Positions 24,201 to 38,137 are shown, counted from the stretch's first letter. The stretch is 64,000 nucleotides of DNA from Enoplolaimus lenunculus (GCA_030248215.1 JASANG010000627.1:1-64000); one strand, 5' to 3'. The notes: generated by a model from the letters alone, not told the origin. Translations and numbers: made by a program.

Positions 24201-27200
24201 GTTTTGTATCTTTATAAACTGGTCTAATCACTGAAAAAGTAAGAACTACAGCAGTTGCATGAGATTAAAGTAAATTCTTGTTAACCGTTGCGGTTCATTT
24301 CAAGGCAACGCCGTTCATAAAACAATCCAACAAAGGCTCAATAACGCCCTGAGGTACCAGATAAAGTAATTCCTAAACAAATTTAAACAAATCTGGTTTA
24401 AATTAGCTCATGATAATAAGTATCAAAATATGCAAAAATGAAAACGAACTACGCCTGTGGTGTAATGTTTGTGCTAAACGAAATCACGGAAAACGACAAC
24501 TTTTTACATTCTGGTTTAGGTTAAATTTTCATGCTAAAAGGATCTCTTGTAAAGAAAAAATAGGACAAAATTGTATACCACGGTACCCAACGCCTGTACT
24601 CCAAATTAACAGATAAACTGGTTGAAATGACTCTGATGTCAATTTCAGGTTATTTCTACTTTGTTCGGTTTGATTTATCTGAATACCAAAATCAGTGCTA
24701 AAACAATTCAAAATATTAGCGGTTTATTGTTTTCGTTCGTTACTAACGCGTCGTTTTCGTACGTTTTTCCAGCTGTTCGGGTAAGTTATTGCCAGCGCAG
24801 TGCAAATCGCATTTTTACAATTTTAATCCAATCTAATAGAGAATTTTCTATTTTTAATAAACCTGAAACACCTACTATAAAAGTCATTTTGATATGGTCA
24901 TATGTGCTCATCTTGATGCAGAAACTAACAAAACAGTGAAATTGAATTCGATCAACTTGTTGGTGCAATTTGGGAATATCTGTTTTAATTTTAGTTATAA
25001 AAATGCAATCGCTTTGGCTTGGGTTCATAAGGTTGAAACATTTTTTGTCTTTGCTATTGTATCTAAAAATTGATAACTTCGAAGTGTTCTTCATTGGTGT
25101 ACATTTTACGACAGGCTTTATCTTGGAAAATTGGACTCGTATATAGCTGACATGAAGTCCGTTATCCATAAAGCTTATGCGTAAGCTTTAGACTGATCTT
25201 TTGCGCAAGCTTAGGTTTGGGCTTAGTAGTATGCTTATCGTTACGCTGAGGCTGCTGATTAGGCTTAGGAATATGCTTATCCTTACGTGAGGCTGCTGAT
25301 TAGGCATAGGAATATGCTTATCCTTACGCTCATCCGGAGGCTTAAACTAAAGAATATGCTTTATCCGTTATGCTGAGGCTGCTGCTTAGGCTTAGAAATA
25401 TGCTTTTACACTGTTACTGCTCTCAACATTGGTCGACATTTCCAGCAGAATAATGAATGATATATATTTACACAATTTAGATTTTTTGTGAAGAGCTGCC
25501 TGTATTCATGCGTGAACATAAAAGTCGACTCTACCGCGTTGACGCATATTTTTTGGCGAAAACATTAATTGAGGTAACATTTTTTATTTTCAATTTCTTT
25601 AATTCGAAAAAGAAAATTTCTAATTTCAGGTAAATCTATTTTACAAACTAATTTGTATTTCTGAGGCATTCATATATCATCGGTCAACTTTAAACTAGCG
25701 AAAAAATTTGTTAGGCTAATAAAATAGCTTTAATTATTAAACAAAATTATTTAAGACTTAAACATAAGCGGATACCTAATTTTGCGCTTTGCAACATTTT
25801 GACTATATACATTTATTATGTCCTTCAATCATTTCAAAAAGATTCAGAGCAATGTTTTCACAAAAAAATTGTGTATTACTTCGAATTAGATTTATTGGCG
25901 ACTACGAGTAAAAAATTAATTATTTAAAAACTTGCGAGCGACGCGAACGAGAACCTCGACATAACTTAAATCCATTTGCAACAGTAACAAATCATTTTTA
26001 GCTCATGAGTTCAAGGTTTAGATATTCCAGGCCACCAATAGCTACGCGTCTGTTTTGTATAAATCCACCTGTAAGCAGCTATCATTTAAAACGCTTTAAT
26101 GTCTTTCTCCTCGGACAATCCTCTTTCAACTGTACGTTTGTGAAAAACACTGAATTTGACTATGTTTTTGTGTTTCAGCTACCGGTTGTCATTATTTTTC
26201 CTGCGCTATTTACAACGATACTCTACTGGATGGCAAACGTTCGAAACGATGCAGCCGTGTTTTTTACAACTATGCTTATTACAGTTGTGATTGCGAATTT
26301 GGGAGCTTCATTGGGTAACAAATTTTTATTGATTTGAATGTCTTTATTTTGTTATTTTTTATTGATTTGAATGCCTTTATTTTGTTATTTTTTATTGATT
26401 TGAATGTCTTTATTTTGCTATTTTTATTGATTTGAATGTCTTTATTTTGTTTCAAACACATTCTACCATCTGAACCTGTTGTAAAGTGGTAAAGCGTATA
26501 AGCATAAGCTTAATATATTAATGATGGGCGACGAATTGTCGAGTCGATGGAATTTCGGATTGCAAATTGTCGGGCGACGACTTGTCAGGTGACGAAATGT
26601 TGTGATACCCTATTTAGCACGTATCGTTCACAACCGCTGAGGAAACAGAATGGAAAGTACAAAAGTGCTCGCTTCTATTAATATAATTGTTGGCTAACGG
26701 CTGCCTCGTTTGTCGCAACAAATCTCCAATTTTTTTAATCTTTCAAGCTAATTTACTTTGCGCAATCTTTCCTAAATAATTGTTTTCTGAATCAACATTG
26801 GTGGTCCGTCTTAAACCCATACTAGGATGCATAATGTTGTGCAATATATTCAATGACAATTAGTTTTATTACTGTATTGACCCGAATAGGAGGTGAATAA
26901 TAAATGTGGGGTCCCCATTTTGAGTTTAAATCAATAGGAGTTCGTATCTCATATAAGAGTCCTTAAGCGTACAGAGTTCCTAAACCTTAATTAGAGTCCA
27001 CAAATGTCAACAATTTCTCATTGTTGTGTATAAATGACACCAGGAGCAAATAAATGTGAGTTCACAACTTTAAAGCATGCTTAAGTTTTGAAGTTACATT
27101 CCGAAGCATAACCTTGCATTATCGCACAAGCTTTTGATACAAGAAAAATAAACGTTTACTTGAACGGATAGTTGCAATACCGGATATATATCAGCGACGA

Positions 27201-30166
27201 AGGGTGGCAGAGGGCGGGTTAAAAATAAATAACAGTGCGTAATCAAATAACAGGGGTTGAGTGTAGCCTCTCGATACCACAAATAACTTTCAGTCTCCGC
27301 CCTGTTATTCAACTCACTACAGTAGCAATGAAACTATCACGTTTCTTTAATCTTTCAAATAGGAAAAGTTAAGATTTTTAGGTTACCTTACATCAGCGAT
27401 CGGCGGAGATGTGAACACAGCGACAGTAATCGCTCCTATCGTTGTCATTCCTTTCATGTTGTTCGGCGGATTTTATATCAACTCTGCGTAAGGCCGTATT
27501 TTCTTCATGAAATTTTAAACACAAAATATGTCGTGTGAAATTTTATTTTAATTACTTTTCAAAAGTAATTGAAAATTTTTAAACTTCACAAAAGTTTGGG
27601 TATTTATTGTTTGGCGAGATTTAAGCAATGTAATGCTGCTTTCATTAAACAAACTTCAGAGTAGATCAACCATCGCTAACAAAATTCCGTGGTATACGCA
27701 TGATATCACACTGTAAATTCTAATGAGTTGATTAATCAATTTAGTTAGCGAATTAGTTATTTCTGAATTAAAATCAGTAAACATTGACTCATTCTGAGTT
27801 GAGCTGATCCTCATTCTGAGATGAGTTAACTTTGGATAAGTTGATTAATTAGCTCAGCATGAATTGAATCAACTCAAACTATTGAGTTCCGATTGTCCTC
27901 AAGACTGAGTGATTCAACTCATACTAACTTAAAATCAATTCACAAAAATTTACAGTCAAATAAGTTTGCTTTATATTATGCACAATCTGTTTATAAAAAT
28001 GTGTGCTGATCTTCGAAAAATATTTAAATTAATAAAATACCATTTCAAATTATGCATTATTATGGAAAATTTTCGTTGAAATATTGTATTTGAGATTTTA
28101 TTTTTCAATTCAACTCGGATAGCATGAATCTCAACTCGACAAGCTCTCTCAAGCCAAACAAATCGTAGTAAAGATTTTGAATTTTAAACGCATTCATTAT
28201 AAATTATATGAAACAAAATAATATATTTCTTGCATGAACGATAAATGACGATGGTTGACTTAAGTTCGCGCTAAGCAATTACTTAACAAATTTATCTTTT
28301 CTCAGAACGTATTTAATTCAAGCGTAAATACTTCCGTCGCGGAAGAAATTAGATGTGTTATTACTGATTATCAATCAGGCCATTCTGTCGAATAATTGAT
28401 ACTGTAGACTATTAATTGTACTTTCTTATTATAAGGCAAAACTATGGCGTCCTTGTTATGACACAAACTTGAAGGTGACATTTTTTGTTTTTGCGCAAAA
28501 TGTTAAATATTTACTTAAGTCGTCGCTAAGTAATTACTCAAGCATAACTTAAATGAATTCGTGTAACGTTTCCGAAAAACCAAACCAATGTTTTTATTCA
28601 ATCATTTCAGATCAATTCCGGCGTTTTTTGTTTGGCTCTCAAAACTCTCCTACATTAAGTACGCGTACGAAGCATTGACGGTCAATATGTGGACAGGTGT
28701 AACAGTTATTCCCGGTAGGTTATATTAGGTTTGTCGCATGTATAGCCTGTTTTAATGCTCAGTTATCTAAATATCAAGACAAATGAAATACGGTCGCCTG
28801 TTTACGACAGACTGGGATTTTACTCGCGTGTAAACGCGAGTGGAGTGAAAAATTTCAGCCGTGGGTATACCCGCGGGTAAATATTGTATCACTCAGCTAT
28901 AAAATTAACACTTTTTACCCGCACCAAACCTTTAAGAGTTATGGTGCACACCATACACTATTAACAAAGTATATTCAGCGAGCGTTGAAAAAGCACAAAA
29001 GTTCTGTGTTTCATATTTGTTGGGTTTGAAATTTTGTTGTTTCTAGTAAGTAAGCTTTCATGTGCAAAACTAATTGGAGCTATAACGCTAAACTTCATTA
29101 AAGTGCAAATCACCAGCGATCTTTAAACTACTGTTTTAACTTCTGTCGCGGGTAAAAGGTGTGTCGTGGGCAGATGTTTTTGGCGTGGGTAAGTCCGCGG
29201 GTATAAAAATTCTTATTTGACTGGGTAAAGCACGGGTCAGGTAAAATCCGTACCCATATATCACTGTAGTTTACGCAAAGCAAAATCTTACATCGTGGTG
29301 ATTAACAAGTATTTATCTAAAATAGAATTTCCTCGTTTCTCAATTTAAAATCAATTTTTCTGTCGGTTCTTGATCGTCACTATGAAACGTGCATATATTA
29401 CATATAGGTTGTGATGGCATGAATTCAACCTGTGCAAGTAACGGACAACAAATTATATCTGGTTTAGGAATGAATCAGGTAAATTTTCAAGTCTTTTTAT
29501 TATAATGTACAAAACATCATAAACGGCGCGAGTAGACGATGTCATCATACAGGGTTGCAATTATAGGGGGCGAGCAGGTGATAAGCCCCCCCATAATTTT
29601 TTTGCAAGTATTTTTCTTAATAATGGATATTGTAGTGTAGAGATATGAAGTTATTTTCTGTAGAATTTTGTTAAGAAAACACGTCAGCCCCAAAGATAAG
29701 TTTAAAAGTTCGAAGATCAATAATTGACGCAACGGTTTTCAGCCATCAAAATTTTTTGGTCCAATATGGTAGAATATTTTTTGTCGCGTTTACAAATCCT
29801 CTGAAATCTTAGCGTGTTCCCAGTAAAATCTTATTGGACCTGGCTTCCGTAATGGTAAAGTTAATTTTGCCGTTCTACTTGATGCAACCATATACTAAGT
29901 GTTTACAGTGAAAAACGGAATTCACAAAGCATAAATTTGAAAATCAATTATTAAACCATTGCGTCCGAGACTATATTTTATACGATTGGGTTCCCAGAGC
30001 TTCAAAGAAACGTCAAATTTTTACATGAATTGTTTTTAAAAGTTTAAATTTATATTTTCAGAACAATCTATGGATCGATATTGGAGTGATACTTGCGATG
30101 TTAGCAATCTACCGCATTCTTGCGTATTTGTGCCTACTGTTACGCGCTAGTTTGAAAGGAGGTTGA
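15239..30166 (+). CDS. white: White-family ABCG half-transporter, 17 exons, 803 aa
   Basis: Exons 15239-15917, 17110-17158, 17654-17837, 18368-18439, 18568-18663, 18952-19118, 19764-19835, 20182-20284, 23387-23523, 24004-24109, 24649-24780, 25481-25573, 26179-26314, 27382-27487, 28611-28714, 29408-29478, 30062-30166; all GT-AG and phase-consistent. Walker A GASGAGKT, signature ISGGEKKR, Walker [42 protein letters not shown]. Confidence 0.93.
16219..16975. mobile_element. Inverted-repeat element (ATATCATATGAT-rich) in white intron 1, enclosing a minisatellite
   Basis: GGTCACGTTTTGTC near 16220 pairs with GACAAAACGTGACC near 16960; repeated AATATCATATGAT on both sides of the minisatellite. Confidence 0.6.
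16356..16692. repeat. 19-20-bp minisatellite (TTTGGCGGGAAATTCAAAT), about 17-18 units
   Basis: Directly visible; explains the repetitive ORFs 16375-16689, 16394-16582 and 16587-16793. Confidence 0.95.
19287..19315 (+). repeat. TTAGGC telomere-like tract within a dispersed repeat family
   Basis: (TTAGGC)4 plus TTAGG. Degenerate copies with the AAGCATATTCCTAAGCC flank near 13.0, 14.7, 16.06, 25.2, 41.6, 42.8 and 54.25 kb, plus related tracts near 10.2 and 62.46 kb. Confidence 0.85.
25210..25405. repeat. ~38-bp tandem repeat derived from the TTAGGC family
   Basis: Repeated GGCTTAGGAATATGCTTATCCTTACGCTGAGGCTGCTGATTA-like units. Confidence 0.8.
26323..26449. repeat. ~32-bp AT-rich tandem repeat, four units, just after white exon 13
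   Basis: TTTTTATTGATTTGAATGTCTTTATTTTG repeated four times. Confidence 0.9.
26870..27324. mobile_element. Tc1/pogo-like MITE copy
   Basis: TACTGTA...TACAGTA ends; body homologous to 44483-44923 (inverted) and to ~11730-12060; another copy starts at ~63958. Confidence 0.75.
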
Positions 30167-30374
30167 CTAAGAAATTTTTCGAGCTTTATTTATGGTTAAT
30201 TTAGCAACCTATTAAGTAATTGAAGTAATTTGAGCCTTATTTTTGTTTAAATTTAGCCAAACTAATAGGTAATTGAAACAATTTGATTTTTATTTTTGCA
30301 AATTTAGACAATCTAATAAATAATTGAAATTATTCGAGCTTTTTTTGCTTAAATAACCAAACTAATCAATAAAA

Positions 30375-31124
30375 CCCTATTCACACGTGCAAGTTTTTGC
30401 AGCACAAACTTGCACATGCAACATACCTGTTCAACTTTGGTCACACAACTGCTTTGATGTTCTTGCAGCTGCAAACTATTCACTGGAATTCGTGCTATTT
30501 AATTAATTTCGCACGTGTGAACGCAGTTGCAAGTCGCTTGAATTTTTTTGCATCTGTGTTTTGATTGGCCTATCGGAAGACATGTTGTTGAGACCGTCTG
30601 AATTAATTCAGACTTTTTGAATTTATTGAAGAAGCTTGAATTAATTCAAATATCAAACCTGTTTGATTTCACGCAGTCTATGGCGGTTGTGACGGGGATT
30701 TTTTTATTTTTAATCATTAAATAAAAATAGTATTTTTTTGAAAACGTTTTCAAGTCAAAAAATATCGAGTAGAGCCTTTTTATGCGCGATTGTTTCCTGC
30801 AGCTGAAACTTGCAGCTGCAAGTTTTTTCAAAAATTCATTTGAAGAATTTGCAGCTGCAATTTATTCATAAGGAATATTATCACCAGAAACTAATTAACA
30901 GCTATGAATTGCTTTTCAAGTCGAATTAGTTCACCACAATTGGCTGAACTAATAGTTTATAGCTTATGCTTGATATTCATTGAAATTGTCTGCAAATTAT
31001 TCATACAAATTTATGTCAAAATTCAGGAAAAATGATATTTCATTGCAAATACTTGTGCTGCAAGAAACAGGTACAACTTGCAGCTCCGAGTTCTTACTGC
31101 AAAAACTTGCACGTGTGAATAAGG
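30375..31124. mobile_element. MITE with ~27-bp TIRs (Harbinger-like) between the convergent 3' ends of white and the neuropeptide gene
   Basis: TATTCACACGTGCAAGTTTTTGCAG...CTGCAAAAACTTGCACGTGTGAATA; shorter copy at ~47768-48062 and a fragment at ~19975. Confidence 0.8.
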
Positions 31125-31542
31125 ATTTATTGTTTTAAATTTTGAGTCCAACATAATAATTCAAGTTGCGTTTAATTTACAGTGTGAATAACATTAACAA
31201 GCTTGAAGTATTATAAATAGTAATTCATGTCAATATTAAGCTTAGTTTGAAATGTATTGTTTCGCAAAGCATTGTTTACCATTGTTCTACAGTTTCTTTA
31301 GAACTGCACTGCAAAGTATATATTCTACAGCGATATGAGAAAACTACATAAAACGCGATGCCACAAAATTATAACTTTGACTGCTGTAATTTGTGGAAGT
31401 CCATGAGTCGAAAGAGATAGTAGAATGTTTAATTTTTTCTATTTTATATTTTATTTGAAATTTTGAAACTTACATTGTATTCATATTTTACATTTATTGT
31501 ATTATTTCGTTTATTGTATTATCAACGGCCTTTATTCATCAA

Positions 31543-32748
31543 TCATCCTGCATTACAAAGTTTGTGGTAGCGGTTTTCTGCGCTCTGAAATCAAAACATA
31601 TTTCCCTTTAAGTGCCAGTATATAAATTCAAGTGACGGACCCAAAATTATAGGAAAATACATTCGTAGCACATGAATAATACTCGCCAAGTTCTTTACTC
31701 TGCAGCTATTAACTTAACCCGAACTTAAGCGGCAAACTTAATTTTCGAGCAAAAACATACAAACGCCAAGGTGTGAGCCATTGTCATTACAAAACAGTAA
31801 TAGTTTTGCTTTATATTAAGGAGGAACCATGAGTCTGCAATTTCAGTTACACCTAGGTTAGTATGCCTGAATTGTTAAGCTGTAATATATCAAATTAGCC
31901 AGCGACTTAAGCATTTACTTAACTTAAATGCGCTTTTAAAAACTACAAAATGGTTAAGTAATTACTTAGCACGTAAGTACTTAAATAAAGTTTCACAAAC
32001 ACAGGCATTGCCAGCTAGTACTAACTTCTGAAATAGGTCAGCTATGAAAGTTGTAAAAGTTAATACATGATTCGTCGTCTACTAATCTTATATGTTACGC
32101 GCATGTTGGAATATGTACATTCAGCTGAAGGTAGGCTTATACTTGTATGATAAACCCCGAAATGACAAAGTTAACCCGTTCTTTCATGAATATATATCAG
32201 ACACCTATTTTCAAGCTAGTATTCGAACCCAAGGCTATCAAGTGAGACGCTCTACCGTCCCCACTTAGCTATTGGAATTTAACCGGACACTCGACCCGAG
32301 AGGGCTCTCGTGTCTTGTGGATATTTTGTACTAAATATATTTTGTTGAACGTTTCGTCGTACACAATAAAGAAATCTCTTATAGACTAGTGCTATCACGA
32401 GTTCGTTTCGAAAATGATCTCGTGATAGTCCTGGTCTATAAGAGATTTTGTGGCACCGTTGATAAAATTATTGTGAACGGCGCATAAAATTAAAAATTAA
32501 ATAATAAAGTTGAGCGCTCATTTGAATTTAAGTTAATGTCAGCAGCGTACTACCTTTAAAGTATGAGATAGATGTCGAATATTGCTATATTCGGAATAAC
32601 AATCGGCCAACACAGCGCTAACGTCACCAGCTGCAGGGCCACGTTTGGCCCATTTTCTAAAATCGTACGTTAGCTGGCAATTTGAAAATTGCACGCAAAC
32701 TGAAAGCACTGCAGTAAGCAGTACACAAAATTTTAATACCGATAACAT
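31543..32748 (-). CDS. AKH/GnRH-superfamily neuropeptide precursor, 78 aa, two coding exons
   Basis: Exons 32748-32554 and 31584-31543 (acceptor TTTCAG, TGA stop, AATAAA at 31536-31531). Protein: signal peptide MLSVLKFCVLLTAVLSVCVQFSNC, peptide QLTYDFRKWA, KR, then GPAAGDVSAVLADCYSEYSNIRHLSHTLKSAENRYHKLCNAG with two Cys. Upstream TTTCAG acceptor at ~32800. Confidence 0.85.
32214..32275 (-). mobile_element. tRNA-derived SINE head or tRNA pseudogene in the neuropeptide intron
   Basis: Minus strand TAGCTAAGTGG..GGTAGAGCGTCT (A-box-like) and GGTTCGAATAC (B-box); no intact cloverleaf seen. Confidence 0.55.
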
Positions 32749-34019
32749 GGTTAAGTTTTGTTAATTTCAATTAATCAATAGATACAATAAGCCTTTAAGC
32801 TGAAACGAAATAACATATATGCAAATGCTAATCCCAATTAAATATGTATTGTACTAAAAGCAGGGTGTAACCAGATATCCGTTTCCGTTTCCGTGTCCAA
32901 TAAAAAATCGGTGTCCGTTCCCTTTTTCGTTATAGAAATAACGGAAATTGAGTTATTTTAAACTTCGAAATTTGTAATAAGACAAGTATATATATCTGGC
33001 AATTTTTCATTATAGGTATGTTGAAATTATATGAATTGAAATAAAAATTACAAAATTCATCGAAACCGAAACACTTAAATATTTCGATGCATCCACTGTG
33101 TTTTGTTTAAAATTTTGGAAAGCCCGATGAACACGCAGTCCAGCAGAAATTGTTCCAACGTTCATCTTTACATGGGCCACATGAGCCAGAACGTTGATCT
33201 AAACAGAACATCCACCCTGAAGGATATACCTACTGCAGAATTTTTAAGCATTTTAAATTTAAAAACAAACAGTTGAATGTGGCTTGAGACGTGGTATTTA
33301 CAATTCAATCAAAAGTTTCCGAGTTTTCAAGAAGTGTTAGATTTGTTTTGCGACCACCAAAATTATATCGACGTTCATTTACAAAAATTACATATTAAAA
33401 ACGATGTCTAGAAGCTAAAGCATAACTCCACACAGCGTAAAAAATCCTCAGACCCTTCTGGCATTTTTAAGACAGCAAACAATCGTACTGACAGGCATTC
33501 ATAAGCTAAAACATCGTACAAACCGAAAAACTCTTAACTTAATGCTACATTAATTACGAAAAATTACTACAATCTTTGCGATACGCAGTTTGTCATATTA
33601 ATACATGAGCATTACGCATTAAGAATAATATTTGTCCAAGCGTGCGAAATCAGTCCGTAACCGGGGAAAAACAACCATTTTTAGCCGAACGAGCAGCACA
33701 GTATGTGGCGTATAAGGTATAAGTCATTAAGCTACGGCTATTTTCACCTGGTCAAGTTATTCGAGCAATAACTAATAACCTCAGAGTGTGTCTGGAAACG
33801 GCAAATTGAGAAATGGACCGTATTTGATGTATAAACTATTAAGTAAAAGTGGTTTCTTTCATAAATGTAGTCATTTATTGTACCAAATTCCGCGATCGAA
33901 GGCACGGTTGCGGCTATGATTTTGATAGACAACCAGGAAATTGAACTTCAATCCAGTTCCGGACAAATTACCTTGATATCAGTGATACCAAAGCCCATTT
34001 AATTTTGTAATACGTTTAT

Positions 34020-34408
34020 CAGGGTGTAACCGGATGTTCGTTTCCGTTTCCGGTAAAAATCGGTGTCCGTTTCCGTTTCCGTTAAGGAAATAACGGAAAT
34101 TCTGTTATTTTGACGTTCAAAATAGCTATAAATCACGTACTATCTTGCAATTTTCCGTTACAGATATGCTGTAATTGTTTGAAAGGGAATAAAAAAATTA
34201 CAAAATTCATCCAGAATCTTAAAAATTTCGATGAATCCGCCATTTTGTCTTTAAAAATTTGACGGTCGAATATTTGCACGCTTCATTTGTGTTGGCAGAA
34301 AAATAAAAAAACTTTGGTGCTTCAATATTCGTTTTCCGTTTCCTTTATTTTGACCCCTATCCGCTTCCATTTCCGCTTCCGTTATTTAAACTTTCCGTTT
34401 ACACCCTG
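34020..34408. mobile_element. hAT-like MITE (CCGTTT-rich family)
   Basis: CAGGGTGTAA...TTACACCCTG termini; flanks ACGTTTAT/ATATTTAT match 6/8. Partial copy starts at 32861. Confidence 0.8.
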
Positions 34409-37400
34409 ATATTTATGTTTACACTCAAGTTAAACGTATTGTATAGAGCGGAATAATAGGGGGTTCCTGGGGTTCCTGTTTTGAGTATTCATCAATAGAA
34501 ACCTGTATATCTCAATTAGAGTTCCTCCGTGGATAGAGTCCATAGTGCCAATTAAAGTCCGTAAAAGACAAAAGCAGAAGAATAGTCTAAACTGCTCAAA
34601 TATGTAACAGACCAGGGTTAGAACCGGCCTGTGCCAACGTCCGTGAGCCGGAACCGAAATAAATCGGAGCAGTGCGTGACCTCTTGTCCCATGAGCCCAA
34701 TAAATAAACCGCTGGCTTCATATTTTAATGAGATTTAGATATATACGTATTTTGGAACCTTAATTTCTTTTAATTTTCATAATCATGGCGTAAGGAATTT
34801 GGAAAGTATGGTTACGTTCTGCAAAAATTTAGGAAAGTTTCTTGAGTTTCTAAATCGCAATCATTTGCTCTTTATACCGATGTAAAATGTTTTGTAATCC
34901 ACTGTACTAAACAAGCAAGCTTTTATTGGTTATCTTAATCTTGAACTGAAGACGTTTCAGCTGCTAAGTATTTCAAGAAATCCGTTCATTACTGGCGTAA
35001 AAACACAGTGCTATTTATATTGTTATCCAAGCTTACTAGACACGTGCTTGGTATACAAGCTATTACGGACGAATCTGAGCGGCATGTTAGTGAAGGTGGC
35101 AACGCAGTAACCGGGACTCACGGTTTTTTGCATCCGTCTGTTGTCGGAGCTTTTATGGATCTGAAGGAAGCTGCACTGAACAATATTTGGTGAAATATAA
35201 AAAATAGTGTTATATATGTTAATATGGTTTGTTTTATGTTTTGTTTTCGGCTCTAAATCTATATAAAATTCGCAGGTTTGTGTGAGAGCCCGGACCCGGT
35301 TTGGGCCCTAAAATCGGACAGATTATAGGTACAACCGAGTAACAGACACTAGACAATCCACAAACAGTTAATAAATCCAGGAAACACAGATTAACGGGCT
35401 TGGCAATTAACAAAAATAGTTCGGAGGAAGTCATTTGTGCCAAAAACAACGAATATAAAAAGAAAGGTGCTGCGTCCCAATCATATGACGTGGTGGTTGG
35501 CAATTATCGTTTAGTGACAACGGATACCAACATGCTATGTATGGTGTTTATAAATTGTTGAAAGAAGATAAAGTTATTCTGATTCTCGTACATTTCGGTT
35601 CGTTTAGTTGATATTAATGAAAATCTGTATCTACATTCAAGTGCTATTCAACCAAATGAAAAAATTCAAAATGTCAGGTAAAGAAGCACTAAACTAACAA
35701 AATAAAGCTCTTAATATAGGTTTAAGTACTACTGGATCAAGCTTTAGGCTTGATAGCAAGCATAGGTTGCGTTAAATTGCGAATTAACGTTTACAATAGC
35801 GCTATATGCTGCGTATTTTCGAAGTCTGTCTAAAACCTTGTTCGTGATATTGGTCCAACGAGACTAGATTGAAAATTACCACAATGAATATTATCGCTCC
35901 AAATGTCAAACGTTGTTTTTAATATATGTTCAAATGCTGCTTGTGAAAATTGCCCTAGATTCATACTCTATTTTAAGTGCTAACCCTACTTAAATAATCC
36001 TAAACGTATAGGTGTGAAACTAAGATATTTATAACATAAAACTCATTACAGTATGATTGATTTTACCGGCATATACAACTTGGCGTGAACCAGTTGCAAC
36101 TTTACATTAACGCCATAATTAGCCCTTACGAAATTGCAAGTGCGTGGCAATTATGCTAGGATCATTAGCAATTTGAGGCTGCAAAAGTTACGTTGGAATT
36201 AGAGCCATAGATCCAGCGGCATTTATTTGCAGGGGCAGAGCGGGCGTGTGTATTCTCTGCGGATGCGTTCCAAGCCAAACGATTTTTTTACATTTAAATA
36301 CAAGTTTATGGTATTAAATCATCTGTTCATGAACCGTTTCGAAGAGGTTTGGCAAAGGCCGAACACTGTAAATTCCACTGAGTTGAATAATCAACTCAGC
36401 TAGCGAGTTAGTTACTTTTAAGTTAATAACAGTAAGCATTCATTAACTCACTAGAGTTGAGTTGATTTTCGCTATTCGTTAATTTGACTACGGGTGAAAT
36501 GATCAAATAACTCAAAATGAGTTGAACAAAGTCAAAGTTCTGAGTGCTGATTCAACCGATTCTGAGTTCAAATCAACTCACTTCAATTTTTACACTAAAT
36601 TCTGTTTTCCAACGTTAGAAATGTTATCGTCAATCTGTTTAGCAATTGTACATATATCACTGCACCCAGCGCCTCAAAATCTTAACGGAATTTAGGTTAT
36701 GACAGCTGGATCACATTTTTGCGAAAATGTGTGAGCTTTCGGGTGCACAGAAATTTTTGGGTCAGATCTGGGCAGAATGACCCGTACAAGCTTGTGTCGG
36801 CAGACACAGCTTCGATTCGGAAGGCTGTGAGCTAAACAAGGCAACCCTTGAAGTGTCGGTGTCGTAGAGAGTCGCTATGTATGTGTGGAGCACAAGTTTG
36901 AAAACCGTGTAAAACTCACAGAAGTGCATGGGCATTGCCGATCGGTTCTGGGCGAGCTGTGAGTGATCGTATGACTCCAAACTTCACTGTTCCTGAAATT
37001 TACGTTTATGGGTCTGAAATGGTAATTACGAATTGTGAATTTTTTGTGAATTGTTATAAGTGACTGAATTCAGCTTAATTCAGAAGCATGCTGTGAGAAA
37101 CTATGTGATACGTTACAATTTGCTGTTAATTCAATGGAGTTCATCCTAATTTATCAACTTTTGCCATAATTTTACGCTCTACCCCATCTGAAAACCTTGG
37201 CAAAATTTTGAAAATGCAGGCGGAAATCTGGGCAACTATGCAGACTTTACTCTATTTCAGCTTGAGTGTTTGCAATTCTTACTTAACCCTAGATCAATTG
37301 TTATTGATTGGTGAATTATGAAATCTTGTTTCCCAGAAATTTCAATTTTCCACATGAGGAGCCCGATGGGCCGGAACTCAATTGGCACCGGTGATAGAGG

Positions 37401-37734
37401 CGGAACTAGCGCTCCGATTTCAAAACGCTGAAGATGCAAATCGGGTAAATTGTTAAGGTTTATTGCACATAAATGTAGCTATTTAGCTGTTTTTTATTTG
37501 GTAGGTTAGTGCTAATGAAGTTAAAAAATCAACCAGTTGTGCTGTTTGTAATGCATACACTAAACCCACGCGTCGTTTATGCTTAAGTGATCCACCCGCC
37601 TGGTGCAGTCTGAGCTTAGGCACCCATCACGGTGTTAACCGATAGTAAAAATAACGGAAACGGATAGCTATCAAAATAACGGAAACGGAAACGGAAAACG
37701 GATATTGAATAAAAAATTTTTAACAGGCACCCAT

Positions 37735-38137
37735 CAGGGTGTAAACCGATAATAAAAATAACAGAAACGGAAACGGATAGCGATCAAAGAACGGAAACGG
37801 AAGCGGAAACAGAAAACTGATATTGAAGTATAAAAATTTCCAACATATTTTGTTTTTCTGATAAAACAATTGAGGCGAGCATATATTCAGCAGTCATAAA
37901 AATTTCAATGAAAAATGGCGGAAGCGTCGAATTTTTTAAAATTTTGAATGAATTTTGTAATTTCTATTTCATTTCAAACAACTGCAGCCTCTGTAACGAA
38001 AAATTGCGAGATATATGTGATTTATAACTAATTTTGGACGTAAAAATACCAATTTCCGAAATTTCTATAACGGAAACGGGAAAAAAACGGACACCGATTT
38101 TTACCGGAAACGGAAACAGATATCCGGTTACACCCTG
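37735..38137. mobile_element. hAT-like MITE, same family, inverted, with perfect 8-bp TSD
   Basis: GCACCCAT|CAGGGTGTAA...TTACACCCTG|GCACCCAT (TSDs 37727-37734 and 38138-38145). Confidence 0.9.

Noticed and set aside
36740..36990. GC-richer stretch with a 72-aa ORF
   Set aside because: No recognisable domain or supported splice structure; probably a transposon remnant.
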